Assembly: GCA_943356485.1 (NCBI GenBank)
Contig: CALRFD010000002.1
Coordinates: 136,156-200,155 of the forward strand
DNA length: 64,000 bases
From: Patescibacteria group bacterium
GTDB lineage: Bacteria > Patescibacteriota > Microgenomatia > Daviesbacterales > UBA10151
Reading direction: 5' to 3'
Shown here in pieces: positions 37,495 through 48,483 of this stretch (position 1 is its first letter; every line of letters starts with the position of its first letter). The notes under the pieces are model-generated. The model ran no database searches. It saw only the letters and a program-made list of their open reading frames with translations, and was not told where the DNA came from. The position numbers and the translations under genes were made by a program.

Positions 37495-39045
37495 TTAGTG
37501 TCTAAATGATCTCCTTTTTGAAAATACCATAGCTATACCTAATTCATCAGCCGCCTCAATAGAAAGTTTATCATTAACTGATCCGCCTTGCTGCAAAATC
37601 GCTGATATACCATATTTTGCAGCTAATCTAACACTGTCGTCAAATGGGAAAAAGCTATCACTTATTAAAATCGCACCCTTTGCTAAATTCCCAGCTTGCT
37701 CAAGTGAAATCTTGGTAGCACCAACTCTGGAAGTTTGTCCTGAACCAATTCCACGAGTCATTGGGATTTCTTTATCAATCACAATTACTGAATTCGATTT
37801 AACCGACTTTACAGCTTTTATTCCAAATTTCATTTGTTCAAGTTGTTGTTTCGTTGGTTTTAGTTTCGTTACAATTTCCCAGTCTTTAAAACTATCTTCA
37901 ATATTATCATCAAAATCCTGCAGCAGCAGTGCACCGGCAAAGTATTTTAGATCCCAGTTCTCAGTTCTTGTGTTTGGTATTTCTCCAAAGGTATAAACCC
38001 CCATGCTCTTTCTGGTATTTTTAAGTAATTCCAAGGCATCATCAGTAATTGAAGGCACCGCCACAATATCAATATTGCCCTCACTCTCTTCCTTAAACAT
38101 GGCCACTATCTTGGCAGTTTCTAAATTCATTTCCTGATTTATAACGATAACCCCTCCAAAGGCTGATACCGGGTCTGCTTTAACTGCTAAGTCCAAAGCG
38201 TCCCTGCTATCTTTTCCAGTTGCTATACCGCAAGGACTTAGATGTTTTATAACACAAGCAGCTGCTTTGCTAAATTGTCTAACAGTTTCCAACCCGGAAT
38301 ATATATCTCCAACATTTGTACCAGATAAATCCCTCCCCCAAAGTTTCCGCAATTTTGAGATGGGTGAATTTGTTTTTGGCATAACATATAAAGCACCTGC
38401 CTGGTGTGGATTTTCCCCGTATCGCAAATCATTAACTTTTCGCATTGGAAGCGTTAACTCTTTAGGGTATTCTTGCCTGCTGGCAGGCAAGTTTCTTTCT
38501 GAGAAATAGTTTCCTATTTGTGAATCGTAAAAAGATAAATGATAAAAAGCTTTTGCTGCAAGCTCTTTTCTTGTCTTTTCTCCTATCTGTCCCATCTCCA
38601 TCAATTTCCCCAATCTTTCATAATCCTCAGGATCCACAACCGCCAAAACATTTTCATTATTTTTAGCAGCAGCGCGAATCATCGTTGGCCCACCAACATC
38701 TATTGTTTCTATACCAGGATTTTGCTCAAACGGATAAAGGTTACAGACAACAATATCTATTTGAGGAATTTTTAATTCTTGCGCCTGTCTAACGTGATCA
38801 GGATTTTTTCTGTCATACAAAATTCCGGACTCTATCTGAAAAGAAATTGTTTTCATTCTGCCATCAAATGCATCCCTGGGATTTCCTGTTATTTCCTCAA
38901 TCGGGATCACTTCTATTCCTGCTTTTTTCAAAACATCATATGTTCCTCCAGTAGATATTATTTTATAACCGCAGCCAATTAAAACTTTTGCTAAATTTCC
39001 TATCCCGGTTTTATCATATACAGAAACTAATGCGAACTTTTCCAT
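37495..39045 (-). CDS. purH: bifunctional AICAR transformylase / IMP cyclohydrolase
   Basis: N-terminal MGS-like domain ALVSVYDKTGI...STGGT...DGRMKT and C-terminal AICARFT domain; 516 aa. Confidence 0.9.
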   Translation of the reverse strand: MEKFALVSVYDKTGIGNLAKVLIGCGYKIISTGGTYDVLKKAGIEVIPIEEITGNPRDAFDGRMKTISFQIESGILYDRKNPDHVRQAQELKIPQIDIVVCNLYPFEQNPGIETIDVGGPTMIRAAAKNNENVLAVVDPEDYERLGKLMEMGQIGEKTRKELAAKAFYHLSFYDSQIGNYFSERNLPASRQEYPKELTLPMRKVNDLRYGENPHQAGALYVMPKTNSPISKLRKLWGRDLSGTNVGDIYSGLETVRQFSKAAACVIKHLSPCGIATGKDSRDALDLAVKADPVSAFGGVIVINQEMNLETAKIVAMFKEESEGNIDIVAVPSITDDALELLKNTRKSMGVYTFGEIPNTRTENWDLKYFAGALLLQDFDDNIEDSFKDWEIVTKLKPTKQQLEQMKFGIKAVKSVKSNSVIVIDKEIPMTRGIGSGQTSRVGATKISLEQAGNLAKGAILISDSFFPFDDSVRLAAKYGISAILQQGGSVNDKLSIEAADELGIAMVFSKRRSFRH

Positions 39046-40134
39046 TTAAGTAATCACCTTTTCTAATTGATCTTTTTCTATTGCTTCTTTAATTTCCATC
39101 GCCACTCTTTTACCCATACTCATATTTTGTCCGTATAAATACCCGCTATAAGGAGTCGCAAAAATTCCTGGACTTCCCGGCATGCGGGGTGAAACATCAA
39201 ATACAATTATCTCTTTTTTAGGAGGGCCAGGGATAATCATAGTTTGCAATCCAAACGAGCCAATAACTCCAGGTTTATATAAATCTTGAGTTGCTTTAAC
39301 AAACCTTTCTCCCGTGGCAAATGCATCTTCAAGTAAAGACTCTAAAACTGTTACTGCAATATGACCAGCTTCTTCCCATTTCACACCTGCTCTTTTCCAA
39401 ACAAGTTCTGCATTATCTGGTTCCAGTTTACTAAATCCATCAATATTGGTTTGCCTTCTAGTATCTGTTCCTATCAACTCAAGTCTCTCATTAATCGGAT
39501 CATAAAAGAAATTAAAATTAACTTGCACCCCGGCAATAAATTCTTCAATGACTGCATTCATAAATGCTTCCTCTGTTACCTTACCCATTTTTATTGCCTC
39601 ATCACGTGTCTTATAAAATTCACTACCTGATTCAACCATGAAAAATGCTCTTTCAAACCCCCGCTCTTTTTCTAAAACTTTAACAATACAAAGTCGATCA
39701 ATATCTTTTGGATCTTTGAATTGTTTCGGATATCTGATCTGAGCTTTATCTAGTAAGTCATATTGATTAGGTTTTATTCCACGCTCTTCTGCTTTAAGTA
39801 AAAACTTATTCCCAAACATCGGCACTTTAAATTTATTTTCTATGGCATCATAGTCATTAATATATACTTCAAAAGAGCGGTGTGGAATAAATATGGCATT
39901 TCTTTTTAGAAGTTCTTCTTGTATTTCGGGTTTTAAGATATCTTTAAAATTCTCTAACTCTAAAACTTCATCAACAACCCCTAAGCTGCCATTACTTTTA
40001 TAATATTTGGAATAAGTTTTATCTCTACCTTTTTGTACAATCACCAGAGTTTTAAATCCTAAATCTTTTGCTCCACGGCATACATCTAAAGCAGAATGCG
40101 ATCCTAATACTGCGATTGTATATTGTTTATTCAT
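39046..40134 (-). CDS. purP: PurP-like ATP-grasp enzyme (archaeal-type formate-dependent FAICAR synthetase family), paralog 1
   Basis: N-terminus YTIAVLGSHSALDVCRGAKDLGFKT matches PurP family start (TLGSHSxLxIxKGAKxEGF). Confidence 0.7.
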   Translation of the reverse strand: MNKQYTIAVLGSHSALDVCRGAKDLGFKTLVIVQKGRDKTYSKYYKSNGSLGVVDEVLELENFKDILKPEIQEELLKRNAIFIPHRSFEVYINDYDAIENKFKVPMFGNKFLLKAEERGIKPNQYDLLDKAQIRYPKQFKDPKDIDRLCIVKVLEKERGFERAFFMVESGSEFYKTRDEAIKMGKVTEEAFMNAVIEEFIAGVQVNFNFFYDPINERLELIGTDTRRQTNIDGFSKLEPDNAELVWKRAGVKWEEAGHIAVTVLESLLEDAFATGERFVKATQDLYKPGVIGSFGLQTMIIPGPPKKEIIVFDVSPRMPGSPGIFATPYSGYLYGQNMSMGKRVAMEIKEAIEKDQLEKVIT

Positions 40135-41150
40135 TAATCCAAAACCTCCTTTAATTTATTAACATCAATAGCATTTTTAATTTCTCTTGCGATACGTCTT
40201 CCTGTACTCATTGGTTCATCATAAAGTAAATAAGTATATGGTGATCCGTTAATAAAACAATTCGTCCCGGCAACAATTCTGGCTGATATTTCTATAACAT
40301 AAATCTCCTCAGAAGATGTAATAATTGTTTCTAAACAAAATGGCCCAAAAAGCCCCTTAGAAGATATTAACTTTTGCGATATTTTAACAACCCGCTCAGC
40401 CATGTTTAAAGCCTCAGCCATAAGTGATTCTCTAATTGCCATCGGAATATTTGCAACAACTTCAAAAGAAGGCTCAATATTTAATCCCTTTTGGTTTTTT
40501 GCAGGGATTCTTCCAAGAGAATCAACATTTGTCTCATATCTTTTATCAACACTCATTAACTCCACTTTCTTGGTTAATGGAGAATAAAAGAAATGAAAAT
40601 AAACAGGAACTCCAATTACATATTCCTGAACCATAAACCGCGCTTCTTCAAAAGTTTTTAATTTACTGTCCAGCTCTTTTTGATTTTTTGCCACAAAATA
40701 TCCTTTTCCTCCGGCGGCTCCGAATGATTTAACAATCACCGATCTGTCTATTTTTACACCTTTTTTAAATCTCTGTGGAACTTTTACCCCTGCTTCCTCC
40801 ATCCAATTCCTTTGCATCTTTCTATCTTCTTCAAAGTCTAAAACCTGCTTGTTGCCAAAATATGGTGTTTTCATTAATTTATTCTGCTCGATACCTAAAT
40901 AAGCCACAAAAGATCCATGAGGAATTATTATTGCGTTCATTTTTTGTAGATGTTTTTCAAGTTGTGGAAAACTTTGCCAGGAGTCTATTTCTATAACTTC
41001 ATCAATAAAATTACTGTATGATTTATAAAGAGAGATTCTAGAGGGAGTACAAACAACAGCAGTTTTAAAACCTTCATCTTTAGCACCTTTAAGAATTTGC
41101 AGCGCGGAGTGGGAACCTAGAGTAACAATTGTGTAGTTTGAGTATCCCAT
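40134..41150 (-). CDS. PurP-like ATP-grasp enzyme, paralog 2
   Basis: N-terminus YTIVTLGSHSALQILKGAKDEGFKT; clear paralog of adjacent gene. Confidence 0.7.
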   Translation of the reverse strand: MGYSNYTIVTLGSHSALQILKGAKDEGFKTAVVCTPSRISLYKSYSNFIDEVIEIDSWQSFPQLEKHLQKMNAIIIPHGSFVAYLGIEQNKLMKTPYFGNKQVLDFEEDRKMQRNWMEEAGVKVPQRFKKGVKIDRSVIVKSFGAAGGKGYFVAKNQKELDSKLKTFEEARFMVQEYVIGVPVYFHFFYSPLTKKVELMSVDKRYETNVDSLGRIPAKNQKGLNIEPSFEVVANIPMAIRESLMAEALNMAERVVKISQKLISSKGLFGPFCLETIITSSEEIYVIEISARIVAGTNCFINGSPYTYLLYDEPMSTGRRIAREIKNAIDVNKLKEVLD

Positions 41151-41218
41151 AACCTATTATAACCAAAAAAAAATGAAAATTCAAATACCCTCTTGAAACT
41201 ACACTCCATACCTTGTAA

Positions 41219-42502
<1,284 letters not shown>

Positions 42503-42648
42503 ATTCCCCAAAAACCACATTGTTATAAAAACAATTAAGGCAGCCACTACTAAAAATATTAACAGAGTATTTTTCACTTGAATGTTATTATGAAAAAAAC
42601 TTCTAAGAAATATGTAGGTACTCCACCACATAATGTTATAGCCGTATA

Positions 42649-42921
42649 TTACTGAATTTGTATAATTAACTTTGAACCTAAGGCTTGTGCCAGTTTTTCT
42701 AAAAAACTTACAGATGGATTTGCATTTCCTGATTCCACTCTGGCTATAGCTGATTGCTTTGTACCGATTTTTTTAGCTAACTCTGCCTGGGTTAAACCCA
42801 TCTTAGCTCTTGCTTTAATAAGTTGGGAGATAAGCAAATATTTAGGCCTTAATCTCTCGTATTCCTTTGCAACTTCCTTATCTTCAAGCAATTCTTTTTT
42901 AAGTACATTCCAATCTTTCAT
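42649..42921 (-). CDS. higA: XRE-family HTH antitoxin (HigA-like)
   Basis: HTH MGLTQAELAKKIGTKQSAIARVESG; 90 aa; immediately downstream of Gp49/HigB-like toxin gene. Confidence 0.7.
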   Translation of the reverse strand: MKDWNVLKKELLEDKEVAKEYERLRPKYLLISQLIKARAKMGLTQAELAKKIGTKQSAIARVESGNANPSVSFLEKLAQALGSKLIIQIQ

Positions 42922-42950
42922 AATAAATAAACTATAACATATATGTTATA

Positions 42951-43292
42951 CTATTTCAAGATACTAAATCTTCTGAAAGCTATATCAATTTCTTTTTGCG
43001 GAGTTTTTTGAGCTTTCTTTTTAAAACCATGCAAAAGATAAATCTTTCTACCCAGGAACGCATAAAATATTCTAATTTCTTCTCTACCTCTTATTCTAAG
43101 CTCATAAATATCTTTTGTTAATTTTTTAGAATGCGGCATACCCAGAAGGAAACCACTTTCTTGAAGAAGTTCTATATTATTTGAAACCTTGGATATAGTT
43201 GACTTATCAAGAGATTTAATAAATTCTTCTACAAACTTTTCACCTCTGTCTGATTCAAAAACAATTACCTTCCAGAAGATTATTCCATCCAT
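42951..43292 (-). CDS. higB: type II toxin, HigB / phage Gp49-like (RelE/ParE superfamily)
   Basis: 113 aa with Gp49-like pattern ELRIRGREEIRIFYAF...LLHGFKKKAQKTPQKEIDIA; toxin-upstream-of-antitoxin order as in higBA. Confidence 0.6.
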   Translation of the reverse strand: MDGIIFWKVIVFESDRGEKFVEEFIKSLDKSTISKVSNNIELLQESGFLLGMPHSKKLTKDIYELRIRGREEIRIFYAFLGRKIYLLHGFKKKAQKTPQKEIDIAFRRFSILK

Positions 43293-43341
43293 AAACTTAT
43301 ATTACCAAAACCCTGCCAGGGAAGAATATATTAAAATATAA

Positions 43342-44865
43342 TTACTCCCACTCCATGGTAGAGGGTGGCTTATTTGTAATATCATAAACTACTCTGTTAA
43401 CCTCTTTTACTTCTGTCACAATTCTGACAGAAATTTTTCCTAAAATCTCATACGGCAACTTTGCAAAATTGGCAGACATGGCATCTTTTGCCTCAATCGC
43501 CCTAATGGCAATAGTTTCTCCGTAAAACCTGGCATCACCTTTTACCCCTGTTGTTTTAATTCCTGCAAATATTGCAAAAAATTGCCAAAGCTTTTTGTTC
43601 CAACCAGATTTTTCAATTTCTTCTCTGACGATTTTATCCGCCTTTTTCAAAATCTCAAGTTTTTCTTCAGTTACTTCTCCAATAACCCTTACAGCCAAAC
43701 CAGGCCCTGGAAAAGGCTGTCTGTTGGTAATGCTTCCTGGAAGATTGATAATTCGCCCGATTTTCCTCACTTCATCTTTGTAAAATTGCCTTAATGGTTC
43801 AACCAAAATCAGTTTCATATTTTCCGGCAAACCTCCAACATTATGGTGGGATTTAATTTTCTGGGCATGTTTACTACCTTTGGACTCTATTACATCAGGA
43901 TAAATTGTCCCTTGGACTAAAACATCAGCATTTAATTTCTTTGCTTCTTTCTCAAAAAATTCGATAAAGGTTTTTCCAATTGCCTTTCTTTTCTCTTCAG
44001 GATCTACTATACCTTTTAAGGCTTTAAGGAATTCTCTTTTTGCATCTATAATTAAAACATTCATCTTAAAATGTTTGGCAAAAACTTCCCTTAGTACATC
44101 AGTTTCCCCTTCTCTCATCAATCCAGAATCTATATATATTGATGTAAGATTTTTACCAATTGCACTATGAACTAAAAGTGCTGCAACAGACGAATCTACT
44201 CCACCTGATAATGCACAAATAGCCTTCATATCTTTTATGGAATCTTTAATATCTGAGATCATATTTTCTATAAACTCCTTATTTATTTCCGATTTTTTAA
44301 CTTTTAATCCACAAATTTTTAAAAAGTTCTCTAAAATCTGCATGCCAAATTGGGTATGAACTACCTCTGGATGGAATTGAATGGCATATAATTTTTTGTT
44401 TTCATTTGAAATAGCCGCAAAAGGCTTGGTTGAAGTTTTAGCATTTTCAATAAATCCTATGGGCAATCTAGTCACTTCATTTCCATGATTCATCCAAGCT
44501 GCTGATGTTTCTGGTAAACCTTCGAGTAACTTTGAATATTTACTTATAAAAAGAGTTGCAGGTCCAAATTCTTTTTTAACTCCTGTTTTAACCTCTCCTT
44601 TTAATAAATAACCTACCAGCTGATGTCCGTAACAAATTCCTAAAACCGGGATTCCCAGTTCAAAAATTTCTGTATCAACTATAGGGGCATTTTCGTCAAA
44701 AACATCAGCTGGCCCTCCGGATAAAATTATTCCTTTAGGCTTTATTTTTTTTATCTTTTGCAGAGATTCTTCTGGGGTAATAATTTCACACCCAACTCCT
44801 AACTCTCTTATTCTTCTTCCTATTAAATGCGTTGTTTGTGATCCAAAATCAATTAGTATAATCAT
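43342..44865 (-). CDS. guaA: GMP synthase (glutamine-hydrolysing)
   Basis: N-terminal class I GATase (GICYGHQL), ATP-PPase SGGVDSSV, C-terminal ...PPSTMEWE. Confidence 0.9.
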   Translation of the reverse strand: MIILIDFGSQTTHLIGRRIRELGVGCEIITPEESLQKIKKIKPKGIILSGGPADVFDENAPIVDTEIFELGIPVLGICYGHQLVGYLLKGEVKTGVKKEFGPATLFISKYSKLLEGLPETSAAWMNHGNEVTRLPIGFIENAKTSTKPFAAISNENKKLYAIQFHPEVVHTQFGMQILENFLKICGLKVKKSEINKEFIENMISDIKDSIKDMKAICALSGGVDSSVAALLVHSAIGKNLTSIYIDSGLMREGETDVLREVFAKHFKMNVLIIDAKREFLKALKGIVDPEEKRKAIGKTFIEFFEKEAKKLNADVLVQGTIYPDVIESKGSKHAQKIKSHHNVGGLPENMKLILVEPLRQFYKDEVRKIGRIINLPGSITNRQPFPGPGLAVRVIGEVTEEKLEILKKADKIVREEIEKSGWNKKLWQFFAIFAGIKTTGVKGDARFYGETIAIRAIEAKDAMSANFAKLPYEILGKISVRIVTEVKEVNRVVYDITNKPPSTMEWE

Positions 44866-45647
44866 GTTTTTTTAATAAATTCTACTATATTTTCGAAAAT
44901 AGGCAGTCCATCCACTTTAACTTTATCACGTCTCCAGTTTGGGTGTTGCTCCCGTCTGGTAAAACACTCCGGGTGCGGCATCATTCCTAAAATTCTTCCT
45001 GTAGGATCTGTTATCCCAACAATTGCATTTAACGTACCGCTTGGATTATCAGGGTACTTCTGAGTCGGATTACCCCCCTCGTCTACATATCTAAAAGCAA
45101 CCAGATTCTTCTCCTCTATTTGACGTAAGGCTCTAGAATCTGCAAAAAACTTACCTTCTCCATGAGCAATTGGATACATTAGGATTTTACTGCTCAAGCC
45201 TTTTAAGAATGGGGAGGCATTTTTCTCATTAGCTTTTACTCTTATCCACCTGCATTCAAAATGACCTGAATCATTATTAGTTAAAGTTGCATCCATTTCT
45301 CCGATTTTTCTAAAAGGTAGAAGGCCTGTTCTGACCAAGACTTGAAACCCATTACATATTCCAATAATTGCAGTATTTTTTCTTTCTATAAATTTTTTCA
45401 TCTGCTCCTGTAAAAATGAAGTTAACTCAATTGCTAGAATTTTTCCTGAAACAATATCATCTCCATACGCAAAACCACCGGGAAGAGCTAATATTTTATA
45501 ATTGCTCAGTTTATCAACTCCAAGTCTTAAATCATTCACGTGTACTATTTTTGCCTCTGCCCCTGCTATCTTAAATGCATACGCCATCTCCTCATCCCTA
45601 TTAGTACCATCTGCTTTTAATACAATTACCCTTGGTTTATCTTTCAT
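44862..45647 (-). CDS. purQ: phosphoribosylformylglycinamidine synthase glutaminase subunit PurQ
   Basis: GATase-like GGFAYGD and catalytic Cys context IGICNGFQVL; 261 aa. Confidence 0.85.
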   Translation of the reverse strand: MKDKPRVIVLKADGTNRDEEMAYAFKIAGAEAKIVHVNDLRLGVDKLSNYKILALPGGFAYGDDIVSGKILAIELTSFLQEQMKKFIERKNTAIIGICNGFQVLVRTGLLPFRKIGEMDATLTNNDSGHFECRWIRVKANEKNASPFLKGLSSKILMYPIAHGEGKFFADSRALRQIEEKNLVAFRYVDEGGNPTQKYPDNPSGTLNAIVGITDPTGRILGMMPHPECFTRREQHPNWRRDKVKVDGLPIFENIVEFIKKT

Positions 45648-48481
45648 GAAAATAACCTCCTCATTGGCTCTTTCCAGACTTCTTTCAATCCTTCCATATC
45701 CGCTTCAAATAATTTCCCTTCGTTTCCATTTATTTCTAACATATCTTTACTTTGTGTTTTTCCTAAAAGTTTATATGGAATATTTTTAAATAATTGTTTT
45801 GCAGTCTTTTCATTCTCTACTTCAACTATAAAAGATCCTGCTGTTTCATTGAATAATATTTTTTCAGGCTTTTGATCTATACCTAATGAAATTTTTACTC
45901 CACAATTTCCTCCAACACACATCTCAAAAATTGCAGAAAGAACTCCACCCTCAGATACATCATGACAACTTAAAATAGCACCCTTTGCTATTCCTCTATT
46001 TATTAAATCAAAAGTTTTTGGCAATGCCTTTAAATCAACTTTGGGTAAATCTCTACCTAATATTCCATTAACATCAAAATAGGTTGATCCTCCCAGAGTT
46101 TCATCCAGCTTACCAACCAATACGATAGTAGAGCCTATCTTTTTAAAATCTGATGAGATGGATTTAGTAGTATCATCAATTTTCCCCATTACCGATATAC
46201 AAACTGTTGGCGGAATCTTAATTACTTTATCATCCTTACTTTTGTAGGTTGAGGAGAGTGAATCTTTCCCGGAAATTACCGGAATTTTAAATGCCTTCAT
46301 AAAATCAACCACTGCATCAACTGACCTGTCTAGGTCCCGAAGCGTTTGATCATCCGGAAATGGAAAAATAAAATTTTCAATTAATGTAGCATTTCTAAAA
46401 TCTCCGCCAACAGCCACAAAATTAGAAAGCGCTTCTACTCCTGCCCAAAGTGAAGCCCAATAAGGATCAATTTTACCTAAGATCGGATTTAATCCATGTG
46501 AAATAACCAAGCCAAATTTTTTATTTAAAAAAGGACGGATAATTGGTGAATCATTTGGACCATCCAGATTTTTACCTGAAAAAGACTGCATGTCATTTGT
46601 TCCCCCGACTGAATGATCATACAACCTGACAATAGGCTCTTTGGATGCAACATTACCATGCGCTAATATCCGCTTAAATATTGAAACCCATTCTTTTTCA
46701 GATTTTGGGGTTTTTAAGCTCTTCATTTCAATTCTATCCTTAGATTTTTTATGTTTTATATTAAATACTTTTTTGGGCAGACCATGATACAAAAAGTCCA
46801 TATCAATATCACCTATTAATTCCTTACCAAAATAGACCTTAAGTTTTTTGCTGCCGTCAAATTTTCCAAGTACTGTTAGCTCTACACTGTATTTTTTACA
46901 AATGTCTTCCAGCGGTTTTAACTTTTTTGGATCTATTACTACAATCATTCTCTCCTGAGATTCAGAAACCCAAATTTCCCAGGGAGCCAAACCCTGATAT
47001 TTTAAAGGCACATTCTTTATATCAACAAAGAGACCTAACTCTTCTCCTATCTCTCCAATCGCTGATGAAAAACCACCGCCTCCACAATCCTGAACTGCCC
47101 TTATCAATCCGGCATCCCTCGCCTCTAAAAGCGCATCAAACATCCTTTTTTCTTCAATTGCGTTCCCGATTTGTACCGCAGAAGCATTGATATTTATTGT
47201 TTGATCACTCATTACTGCAGAGGAGAAAGTTGCTCCATGTATGCCATCTCTCCCTGTTCTTCCCCCTACACAAATTATTAAATCTTCCAATTTAGGAACT
47301 CCTTTTTTTGCATATTTTTTAGGAATAATTCCATAAGCACCTACAATAACAGAAGGTTTAGCCCTGAAGTCTTCATGAAAATGGACAGATCCATTATTGG
47401 TAGGTATACCAATCCTATTTCCATAATCTCTAACACCTGCAACTACTTTTTTTAGTAAGTACTCTGGCGGTAAACACCCGATGGGTAGTTCGCTTTCCGG
47501 CAAATCAAGCGGTGCAAGACAAAAGATATCAACAGATGCAATATTTTTTGCTCCCATACCGGTTGCGGCAATATCCCGAAATACTCCGCCGCTACCAGTC
47601 ATTGCTCCACCATATGGCTCAATTGCAGAAGGACTGTTATGTGTTTCAACTTTTCCGCAAACTCCATATCCCCCATAAAAATCCATCACTCCGGAATTAT
47701 CCGAAAAAGCTGAAACAATATTTTTACCGTGTTTATATGCTTCTTTCTTTACCTGGTTAAAAAAAGACTCTTTTTTCTTTCCATCAACTATCAAGTCGGC
47801 TTTAAAAGTCTTATGGCCTGAATGTTCACTCCAAGTTTGGGCTAAAGTTTCTAGTTCTAAATCAGTCGGGTCTCTATTAATTTTGATAAAGTAATCCTTA
47901 ATAGCCCTCATTTCATCTAGGTCTAAAAACAGCTTATCTTTGGAGATTTCCAGAAGCTTGTTATCATTCATTGACCTAACCGGAACCATCTTTGTTTCTC
48001 CAACCACTCCTGTTATTAATAGTGTCTGGGGATCTCTTTCAATTATTTGCTCAACTGTTTTGTTATAAAGGTTTAATTTGTTAACAATTTTTATTAACTC
48101 TTCTTTGTCTAACTTACCATAAAATGCATATTCATAGCTTGTATCCACAGCTAAAACTTTAATCCCTAAATCTTCAGTTGCTTTCTTAATTGAAGCAATC
48201 TCAGGATTCATTACTCCGCCCTTATAGGCAATTTCAACCACCTTGGCTTGACCAGAAGCAATCGGAGAATTAATTGTGTAGTTTTGATTAATACTTTCTG
48301 ATAATAAACGTTGTGCCAGAATTTTAGCTTGATTGACGTTGATCCCTTCAAGCCGATAGACCTTAATTGCCTGCACTTTTGTAATATTTTTTAATCCAAG
48401 TGTATTTTGCACATCCTGCAAGATACCTTCACCTTTAAGATCAGGGCCTATTTTTGTAATAACTCTTACTTTTTGTATCAT
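45644..48481 (-). CDS. purL: phosphoribosylformylglycinamidine synthase PurL (small type) with N-terminal PurS-like domain(s) fused
   Basis: PurM-like AIRS domains (SGVMDFYGGYG..., DCGGGGFSSAIGE); first ~160 aa show one or two PurS-like ferredoxin-like repeats (VRVITKIGPDLKGEG...; VVEIAYKGGVMNPEIASIK...). Confidence 0.9.
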   Translation of the reverse strand: MIQKVRVITKIGPDLKGEGILQDVQNTLGLKNITKVQAIKVYRLEGINVNQAKILAQRLLSESINQNYTINSPIASGQAKVVEIAYKGGVMNPEIASIKKATEDLGIKVLAVDTSYEYAFYGKLDKEELIKIVNKLNLYNKTVEQIIERDPQTLLITGVVGETKMVPVRSMNDNKLLEISKDKLFLDLDEMRAIKDYFIKINRDPTDLELETLAQTWSEHSGHKTFKADLIVDGKKKESFFNQVKKEAYKHGKNIVSAFSDNSGVMDFYGGYGVCGKVETHNSPSAIEPYGGAMTGSGGVFRDIAATGMGAKNIASVDIFCLAPLDLPESELPIGCLPPEYLLKKVVAGVRDYGNRIGIPTNNGSVHFHEDFRAKPSVIVGAYGIIPKKYAKKGVPKLEDLIICVGGRTGRDGIHGATFSSAVMSDQTININASAVQIGNAIEEKRMFDALLEARDAGLIRAVQDCGGGGFSSAIGEIGEELGLFVDIKNVPLKYQGLAPWEIWVSESQERMIVVIDPKKLKPLEDICKKYSVELTVLGKFDGSKKLKVYFGKELIGDIDMDFLYHGLPKKVFNIKHKKSKDRIEMKSLKTPKSEKEWVSIFKRILAHGNVASKEPIVRLYDHSVGGTNDMQSFSGKNLDGPNDSPIIRPFLNKKFGLVISHGLNPILGKIDPYWASLWAGVEALSNFVAVGGDFRNATLIENFIFPFPDDQTLRDLDRSVDAVVDFMKAFKIPVISGKDSLSSTYKSKDDKVIKIPPTVCISVMGKIDDTTKSISSDFKKIGSTIVLVGKLDETLGGSTYFDVNGILGRDLPKVDLKALPKTFDLINRGIAKGAILSCHDVSEGGVLSAIFEMCVGGNCGVKISLGIDQKPEKILFNETAGSFIVEVENEKTAKQLFKNIPYKLLGKTQSKDMLEINGNEGKLFEADMEGLKEVWKEPMRRLFS

Positions 48482-48483
48482 CT

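Noticed and set aside
37712-38982. Several 60-95-aa plus-strand ORFs antisense within purH
   Set aside because: All embedded in a high-confidence purH CDS. No independent support.
42503-42648. Possible ~44-codon small hydrophobic ORF on the minus strand in the purA/higA intergenic region (MWWSTYIFLRSFF...)
   Set aside because: Below the ORF-track threshold, no obvious RBS, overlaps purA stop. Could be real but unsupported.
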